The translations under genes were made by a program, and so were the position numbers. Shown here one piece after another: positions 55,252 through 64,000 of a DNA stretch of 64,000 nt. Source of the stretch: Chrysomallon squamiferum (lineage: Eukaryota; Animalia; Mollusca). The notes under the pieces were generated by a model. It was not told the DNA's origin. It saw nothing but the letters and a program-made list of their open reading frames with translations, and did no database searches. How positions within the stretch are numbered: position 1 is the first letter of the stretch; each line of letters begins with the position of its first letter. The stretch spans positions 26,288,001-26,352,000 of the forward strand of contig CM022671.1 of assembly GCA_012295275.1 (NCBI GenBank), in the 5' to 3' direction.

Positions 55252-58200
55252 GTATGCAAAAAAAAACTAACTGACAGTGTGCAAATTGTTATTAATATTA
55301 TTATTATTATTATAATAGGAATTTGGAAAATACTGGAAAGGTTTTAGAATTAATTTAAATCCTACATGTAATAAGATTTAAATTAAAAATATATTTATTT
55401 AAATCTTTATCCCATCAAAAAAACAACAACAATAATATTAAAATAAAATTAAATTAAAATAATAATAATGATATTATAATAATAAAAAAAAATAATAATA
55501 AAATAAAAATTAAATAAAAAATGCAAATAGAGCTGCTTCTATTTTATTTATTTTTTTGGACAAAATATTTACAAAAAAGGTCTCATTAACACTGAATAAT
55601 TGAATATTGCACTTTTTAACAAAACAACAATTAAAACGAAAATAGAAGAACAGGCAAGAAAACAGAATTAGCTTTTTAGAAATCTGCTGGAGATTCTGTC
55701 TGGAATGGGAAATCACATTTTGATTGCACCAACAACAACAGACCTTGTTACTCACTGAAATATCATACAGCCTGCCACACACACATTATGTAATATATAA
55801 ATAAACATATCATATCTGACTTCTACACACAACTTGTGAGCACTTGCTTGAGATCAATAGTAGCAGTGTCTTTATTGAATCTTTCACTTGTTTGATTTTT
55901 TTTTTTTATTGCTTTTGTGTTCAATATTTTTGTCTGATTTCAGTGTTGTGGGGTTAAAGTAGTGTGCATATTTTCTCCTGTGATAATCTGAGAGTCCTCT
56001 GGGATATTCTCTTCTTTAGCAAAATCACGATTCTCAAAGCAAAATGATCTGATTTCTGGCATCTTTTCATAACCAGTATTGACAAGTCCTACTTGGAGGC
56101 AGATATTTAGAAGTAATTATTCCTTGGAAGTTGCATTGTGTCTGACAGCAAAATATAAATACTTTCAGTAATGACTTACACAACCAAAGTTTACAATAAT
56201 AATAATAATAATAATAAAAATCCCCTCAAAACACAGAAAATACTGAAGTTACTATGTGCTTTAACATTAACTGGAATAAAGATGACAAGAATGATTTTGT
56301 GCACAATAATATTAAAACTAAATGGATATATATATAGAAATTATATACTGGTTTATAAATTACCAAAAAATCTGCAAAATTAAACTGAATGGAAAAAAAA
56401 CAATTATGTTAGAATTACGTTTAAAAACATTTACACATACTTTATTATATTTTGTTATTTTTTTATCTCAGTTCATGCATTTATTATGATAACCACCGTT
56501 TCATTAATAACAAATTATTGACATTTTGGTTGTTTTCAGCAGCTCTGTGTGTGTGTGTGTGAGTGTGTGTGTTAGAAAGGAACAATTTACATGCTAATGA
56601 AATAATAATGAGATGCAATTTCTTGTTTTATTATTTTCAATCATGCATAGTAATTACCTGCTGCTCTTAAGCATAACAACTTGTATTCATACTGATTATT
56701 TACCACCTGTTGATATGCTGTGATAGATTAAATTAAAATTAGAACTCAGTTATCTTTTACAACATAAAAGTGTTTTTCTTTTAACATAATTTAATTTTTC
56801 AGAATTAAACTATAACTGAATGTTTCTGAAGGCAGTGTATTAGAATGTACAACAACAAAACAAATTAAGAACTTTACAATATCATTAAATCATTTTTTTT
56901 ATTATTATCTTTGCAAAACACAAGGTATACAGGTCCATTATTTTATTTTTTTTTTTTTTTTTTTTTTTCTTATAATGTTTCAATCATTTTAGCCAGACAG
57001 AGATTATTTACTTGTAGTATTAATATGAAAATCTTTCTCTTTCTCTTGAAAATAATTTACCAAGAAATAACAAAAAAAAATGATGATGAATGTCTGAGAC
57101 CAATAATGGTGTACTACAAACGAAAATGGGGTAAAAAAGAAAAATGATAATAATAGTGTCTACTTCTTTAGGTAATATTTTGAATCCTACAACTGAAACA
57201 GTTGGAGACTCTTTTCCATTGATTTGTCTTTAATGACGGTAACTGGAATAAAGCTGGCGGCAGTGATTCATAAATCTAGTGTGAGATCTCGCCATGAAGT
57301 GTAGTGTATGCTGGTGTGAGTATGGACAGTCAATCACCATAAATACATCACTGAGATTTCACTGCATCAGTCCCTCGTACTTTATCGGTGTCAGCTCAGA
57401 CTGTCCAAAGACCGGATGGTTAACAACACCACTGACATCGTTTAAACGATTCGCTTCCGCAAAGAAAATTGGCCAGCATTTTCACACAATCTTGATTTTG
57501 ATAACGCTTATTTCAGCAATTTGTTTGAAAGAAATTCTGGTCAATTTGCTCAATTTTCTGCATTTTTTGGTATTCTCTTGATAAGGTTTTGACATTTGAT
57601 CAGGCATTGGTTCTAAAGTGACTTTTATTACAGTTTTGTGGTTGACTGGTTAAAGAAAATGAACTCTCTAGTCACATCACATGTTTCAGATTTAAAACAG
57701 AAAAAACATTCTGAAGAATACCTAAATAACTTTTTTTGTCTCTTTCATTGTCTTTCTCTGCGTATTTTTTTAATCTCTTTTTCTCTGCTTTTATCTTTTT
57801 CTCTAAAAATGATTTATTTTTGTATTATATTTGTATATTAGATTTTATTTCAGATGTATATATTCTTTTTGTTTGTTTATAACTGAAGATGAAATATATT
57901 TTTCGGAGTCAAATTAAAAGTATCTAATCTCCAATAGTTAAAAAAATACTAAAATATATTAGTTATTATTATTATTATTTTAACTAACTTAGATCTCTTA
58001 TTGTGAATTGAGTAGGGGAAGATTTAACAAATAAATAAAAATAATTAATAAAAGTTGAATGAAATAGGTTAATAAACACTAATGATATTAACATATTTTA
58101 CTAAAAGGAGCCATTGCTGTTATTAATGAATTTTTGAATAAGAAATAATCTCTTCACCATTAATTTATTTCTTTTGGTAACATTCTTACAGAAACTAAAA

Positions 58201-58418
58201 CTTTTACGTTATAAAGCAGAAATTAATTTTTTTTTTTTTTAATTTGTGCATAAGAATTAATTAAAATGATAATTATAAAAGTCTTTTTGCGTATTTTTTT
58301 TTTTTTTTTTTTTTTTTTAATGTAGATTTATATTATTAGTCTAAAGTTACAATGTATACTGTCTTACCTTTTGATGGCCAGAATGTAACAGCAGAAACAG
58401 AATTACTGTTACACAAAC

Positions 58419-58453
<35 letters not shown>

Positions 58454-58463
58454 TTTTCACAGA

Positions 58464-58557
58464 TTTCAAAATATAAATAATTTGTATCAGATTTCACCTC
58501 TGTTGTCAAGTGAGGTGATTCTTACACAGTCTGGCAAGTTTCTCTTCACAGAACTGA
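58464..58557 (+). pseudogene. Partial tandem duplicate of the INTS13 acceptor plus the first ~22 codons of the 58632 exon (pseudo-exon or alternative 3' splice site)
   Basis: caaaatataaataatttgtatcAG|atttcacctctgttgtcaagtgaggtg... repeats 141 nt downstream as caaaatattaataatttgtttcAG|atttcacctctgctgtcaagtgaggtg.... Translates as ISPLLSSEVILTQSGKFLFTEL. Confidence 0.85.
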
Positions 58558-58631
58558 AATGGAGTTACTGTTATGCACATATAATCACCTTTTTGTTTCT
58601 TATATTGCAAAATATTAATAATTTGTTTCAG

Positions 58632-58760
58632 ATTTCACCTCTGCTGTCAAGTGAGGTGTTGGTTTCACAGTCTGGCAAGTTTCTCTACAATAAACTGGTG
58701 GCTGAAGTTCAGAAACATTACAATTTGGGATCCACCACTGTCACTGGCATTCCAATGAAA
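58632..58760 (+). CDS. INTS13: Integrator complex subunit 13 (asunder), internal coding exon, 129 nt
   Basis: Acceptor tttgtttcAG at 58630-58631 and donor GTaaga at 58761, phase 0/0. Encodes ISPLLSSEVLVSQSGKFLYNKLVAEVQKHYNLGSTTVTGIPMK, matching human LSPVLTSEVHSVRAGRHLATKLNILVQQHFDLASTTITNIPMK. Joins in frame to both neighbouring exons. Confidence 0.95.
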
Positions 58761-59355
58761 GTAAGAACATTAAAGCATTACTTGTGTTTGATGCAAGTTA
58801 ATGGAAGTAAGTATTATTTGTGTTTGATACTGTTGTTCATGAAAGGTAGAGCATTAAGTATTATTTGTGTTTGATACTGTTGTTCATGAAAGGTAGAGCA
58901 TTAAGTATTATTTGTGTTTGATACTGTTAATAGCAATAAGAACAGTACAGTATTATTTGTGTTTGATACTGTTGTTAATGACAATAAGAACAGTACAGTA
59001 TTATTTGTGTTTGATATTGTTGTTAATGAAAGTAAGAACATTAAATTATTATTTGTGTTTGGGACTGTTGTTAATTGCAGTAAGAACATTAAGTATTATT
59101 TGTGTTTGATACTGCTGTTCATGAAAGTAAGAACATTAAAGTATTATTTGTGTTTGATGCAATTTAATGGAAGTAACTATTATTTGTGTTTGATACTGTT
59201 GTTAGTGAAAGTAAGAACATTGCAGATATTTGTGTTCAGTACTGTTGTAGTGAAAGTTAGAACATTAATTGATTAAAGTATTATTTCATGTTTGATACTG
59301 TTGTTCATGAAAGTGAGAACATTACACTATTATTTGTGTGTGATACTGATGTTAA
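58755..59355. repeat. Minisatellite, ~47-bp unit, about 13 copies, starting at the INTS13 splice donor
   Basis: Repeated atgaaagtaagaacattaaagtattatttgtgtttgatactgttgttc. Explains ORFs 58901-59276. Confidence 0.95.
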
Positions 59356-62300
59356 TTTTAATTTTTTTTAAACTTTATTCATTCATCCATATGAACAGTA
59401 AAGTATATTAGTGTAAGTAAAAAATACAGTTTAAAAAACCAACAAAAAAAAACCATCAGTCAGAAGGTGTAAAATTAATTATTTTGTTTATGTATGTGGG
59501 CGTAATAATAATAATAATAATTATTATTATTATTTTTATTATTATCATTATCACATACTTTTTATATATTGCACACATAACAAAGTACTACACTAATAAC
59601 ACTAAAAAGTCTTCAAACGTGAAAGAAAATCATTGTCAGAGATTTCACATCTTATTACATTTAACAAGTGCCAGTCCATTCTTAAGCAAGATTATATCAC
59701 TGGTAACTTTTTGTAACATCTGTGTGATCAGTGGAGGAAAGAGAATGTGAACGTGCAGTGTTTTGAAAGCAGCGTCAGACTGCCTGCAAAATGATCATGT
59801 CTTTTCATTATCTGCCTTAACAGCTTTATCCATTTACTGAAACAAATGCAGATTAATTGTATCTTACACAGAATCAAAACTTTGGCTGAAAACACAAAAA
59901 GGAATGTAAATAACACATAATATCTAGTTACTACACATTTTTTTTCCCTTCTTGTACACTTTGATCTGTTAACAGGGCAACGAGAAGAGAACTTCTGCAA
60001 GTGCTTGTTTAATTGAGCTGAATGGCTCTTGTAGGTTTGTGTTTGTGTTTTGCTTTTTCTGTATGTTATTATTATTGTTATTTCTTAACAGTGGCTGAAA
60101 CATGAGTACAAATAAAAGGGTATTAGGTAATTTAGTTGAAGATATCAATCACTGCACTTAGACAGATGTGTGTGCACGTTGATAAACATGTTACAGGGTT
60201 CGTTTGGTAGTTTCATTCATCAAAGCCCTGCATCACTGCAGCCATAAGTGATTTATTAGTTTGTGGAGTTTTTATGACAAATTTGATTGGCAAAATAATT
60301 TTCTTTCCTTTGTTCTGCACCTCTTTTCTCCCATTTTTTTTTTTTTTTTTTTTTGTCTTGTATAATTTTTTCCTAACCAAATTCATTCTTATTTTTGAGA
60401 TTGTTATTGAGTTAGGCTGCTGTGTGTTTCATTGCTAGTAATAATACGAGCTCATCACTGTTCAAATTCACATTTCATTTAAAATAATAATAATAATAAA
60501 AAAATAATAGTAATAATAATACAAATAAAATTATAGTAATAATTATAAAAAAAATAATAGTAATAATAATAAAAAAAAAATCTCTCCTTCAAACACCCCC
60601 CCAAAATAATAATAATAATAAAAAAAGTAATCTATAAAATAAAAAAAAGTATATAAACACACACACACACACACACACACACGCAATAATGTAATCAACA
60701 TTTCAGCTTACACCAAATAACATACAAGTAACTAGCAGTGAGAAATTCAGTGCAGAACGTTTTATTTATTTCAGAGTTTTTGTTATTAACTGTCACTCAC
60801 AGACTTCTAAGGCTAATTAAGATTCCAGACCAACTTTCTAATTCTGTGGCTTTTAGGTAATTAAATGGCCCATTGGCATTAATGTGACCCATTGACATTA
60901 GCGAAACTTAAAAGACTGCTGTCTAATAATCTAATAACACAGTTTTATAATGATATAGATTATTACAACACTGGGAACAAAATGAAAAAAATAAAATAAA
61001 ATGAAAAAATTAAATATATACTGATATAAGAATATAGGTAGTAGTTTATAAGCAAGATGTATTTTTTATTTTTTTTATTTTTGTAAATTGCTGTTAATTT
61101 AATTGTTCCCAAAAAAAAAAAAGAGAGAGAAAAAAAAGATAAGCTTCCACCTAATTTCAAATCAAAATGTAGTAGTCATCCATGATTTTAAATTTAAAGA
61201 ACATACATGGTGCAATGAATAGGTTAAAAACATTTTTTTTTGTTTACTGAAATAATTTTACTACTAATAAAGTATCACTTAAATTAGTTAAAAGTAAAAA
61301 TGTCATGATGATTCATTGAGGCTTATGTTTCCTGTTGTGCAGTAATAACATTGTGTGAATGAAAATGTCAAAAACAAAAACCCAAGTAAACAATTACAAA
61401 TAACAGTCTTTTTAATTTTTGAGTGTTATTTTTTTTTTTTTGTTGGTCATGTTCATGGCTTCTGAAGACACCATCCAAATAAGAATTTTAAAAAAATAAG
61501 ATTTTATGCATCATCATATGTTTGCTGCTTTATTACACCAAAACTTGAATGACAGCAACATATAAACAAATCATTTTGAAGTGTATTTAGTTTTATTTAA
61601 TTACTTCATAATCACTAAAATTATCAACCATTCTTATCATGGAGAAACAGTCCCTGACCATGTTTCTCTTTCCAGTTCACAACAGAATCAAATTCACTGG
61701 CACCAGTTTTGCCATGTTTTTTTTGTTTTTCTTCTTTTTTCATACTTAGAAAATGACCATAAAACTCATTTTGGTTTGGAAATAGATGATTGATTTATTT
61801 TGTTTTGTTTCATGTGGCTTCTTTGTTCTTGTTAATTTTGATCAAATAATTACTTAACCTGTGATTGATGAGGCGACTGTAGACCATCTAGAGCAGATTG
61901 GGTGTCACTGGTTTACAGTTGATTGATTAGCAGACTCTTTGTCATTGACTGATGTTTGAAATCAGAGGAGTGCAAACTTTAAGTGGATTTAGCTTTGGTC
62001 AAACAGGAATCATGTAACCTGTAGACTTAGTTTTTATTTCTAACTGATTGTTTATTTTTGTAAGAAATACTTTTACGGTAATAATAGTATTATTTAACAT
62101 GTTTTAAATCGTGGTAGTTATGTTTCGTTTAAGAAAGGAGTTTTACATGTTAATAGCAACTGTTGGATATTGTGTGTATTTTTCAAAAATATAACTTAAA
62201 AGACATTTTTTTTTTTTTTTTTTTTTTAATTTTAGTTTATTTATTTTGTAAGGTACATCAAAAGTTATCATTTTGTAATTCTGAGATTGGGGAAATCTAA

Positions 62301-63372
62301 AAGTGTAGGTTCTCTGTCTTTACTTTTCACTTTTTCCAAAATATATTTTAAAATTTAAACATCCTCAAGAAATACAGCTTCATTTATGTTGATATTTACT
62401 ATTGAGAAAAAATCAACACCAGCAAAAACATTTAAAAGAACATTTGGGTAACATATTAAGCTGATTTTGCAGCAGAGTGATGAATTTTTGTGACATGTTA
62501 GTTAATTAGAACACTTGAAATGTGTTAGATATAGAAAAGTTGCAGACCTCCGTGTCACTGAGGGAAATAACCTGATTGATTGCTTTGAATGGCAAAGCTG
62601 AATTTACTACAAAGTAATTATCAAAAAAGAAGAAAAAAATTGATTTCCAGATCCATTTCGATCAAAACATCAGAGTTAAGAAAAAAATTAAAAGAGATAA
62701 CTTGAGACATTGTAAAAAGTGTTGAACATTAATTCAGCACTGTTCTCCTGATTTACAATCTTGGTTTATATCATTGGTTTTTTTTCTTTATCACAGTCAT
62801 ATGTGGAACATTTAATTGATCTGAGAATTAAATTCCCATTTTCAATAAATAAAGCTAATAAATGTTCCAAACTGGTATTGTGACTTGTCATCTTTGTTTG
62901 GGGTAAAACTGATAAAATGTCGTAGCTTTTCATCTCTAGATTTTTAATTCCCCATTGATGGACATGAGTTTTTACTGATTTATAGATTTCAACTAGTTTT
63001 TTCATTAAAAAAGATAAAAAAAATTTTGACATTAGTGAAAATGAGGTTTTTGTGTGGGCGGCAGTATGAAGTGTTTTGGATGTATTTGTTTCCTAATATT
63101 TATCATATTGTTTGTATTATAAATACTGTTATAATGATTACTGCTGAGGAACAAAGATTGAGATATGTACTGAGTGAGTCAGTATGTATGCACAGAGAGA
63201 GAGAAAGGAGAAAAAGGAAGAAGGAGAGAATGAAAGTAAGAAGATGGAGGGCAAGAAAAAGGAAGAAAGGAAAAGGAAAGAGATAGGATGAATAAGAGAA
63301 GAGAAAAGGAGGGAGAAAAAAAAAAGAGAAAAGGGATAGGGAGGGGAAACTGAGAAAGAGAGTTAGTTTGAA

Positions 63373-63382
63373 TGTGTGTGTG

Positions 63383-63427
<45 letters not shown>

Positions 63428-63458
63428 GTGTCTGTGTGTGTCTGTGTGTCTGTGTGTG
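63373..63458. repeat. (TG)n microsatellite about 60 nt upstream of an INTS13 acceptor, preceded by a purine-rich tract
   Basis: Directly visible. Confidence 0.95.
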
Positions 63459-63518
63459 AGTATTTATCTTGTTATAACACAGAAGCAGTGTTACACTGAG
63501 TTTTGAATTGTGTTTCAG

Positions 63519-63603
63519 GAAGAACAGAACGCCAGTTCATCAGCTAACTACGACGTAGAACTGTTACACCCTTCATCAGTTCATGATGAGATCTTCAAGA
63601 CAG
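63519..63603 (+). CDS. INTS13: Integrator complex subunit 13 (asunder), internal coding exon, 85 nt; gene continues beyond the window
   Basis: Acceptor tgtttcAG at 63517-63518 and donor GTaaca at 63604, phase 0/1. Encodes EEQNASSSANYDVELLHPSSVHDEIFKT(G), matching human EEQHANTSANYDVELLHHKDAHVDFLKSG. Not present in the ORF track. Confidence 0.95.
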
Positions 63604-64000
63604 GTAACACAGTTTACATAAAACACTTCATTTTTAAACAAAATATTTCACATTGATAAATTGTAAAGATATGGTAAACAGTGGGACACATGTAAACAGA
63701 AATCAAAATTTGCAGAATATTAATGCAAAATGATGAAAAAGTTTTTTCTTTTGTAAAATATATATATAATTTTCTTTATTTCTGCAAACAGAGAAGAGAT
63801 AGAAAATTTGTGTTCAACAGTTTTGGTTGATTATAGAGAAAATAAAAAAAAAAAAAAAAAAAAAAAATAATGATGAATGTAAAGGATGCATTTGCTTAAA
63901 TTACTCTTGGAAATGTTTTTGATACTGTAATATAGATAAAAGTGATAAATAGCTTATTGCAGATCTAAATTCATTTATGCTTAGAATTATGGAAATGTTT

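Noticed and set aside
57294-57581. 95-aa plus-strand ORF with several Cys residues
   Set aside because: It lies within an INTS13 intron and has no recognisable domain; the region is reported instead as a CpG-rich island.
1-64000. Conserved bilaterian miRNAs, tRNAs, snRNAs, telomerase RNA template, and the remaining ORF-track entries
   Set aside because: A by-eye scan found only seed-length resemblances and no full mature sequence or cloverleaf. The remaining ORFs are dominated by microsatellite and poly-A/T translations (VCVC, HTHT, FFFF, NNNN). An Infernal/tRNAscan run would be needed to exclude RNA genes formally.

Overview
AT-rich, CpG-depleted, microsatellite-rich eukaryotic genomic DNA from an invertebrate animal; degenerate SINE fragments suggest a mollusc or gastropod (inference). 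The only coding sequence I can confidently identify is three phase-compatible + strand exons of Integrator complex subunit 13 (INTS13/ASUN, asunder) at 55161-55251, 58632-58760 and 63519-63603. I found no earlier INTS13 exon in bases 1-55160, so most of the window is probably one very large intron. That region holds a nested satellite (about 51-bp monomers, 102-bp dimers, 0.5-1 kb units) inside a 5.3-kb tandem duplication, a 272-bp hAT/Charlie-type MITE with an 8-bp target-site duplication, SINE relics and many mini- and microsatellites. The most interesting oddities concern splicing or RNA structure: a 93-nt GT-AG segment folding into a pre-miRNA-like hairpin, an in-frame duplicated INTS13 splice acceptor, a minisatellite that multiplies the INTS13 splice donor, and a CpG-retaining palindromic island. 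None of these is proven to be a new biological system. Nearly all ORF-track entries are low-complexity artefacts.
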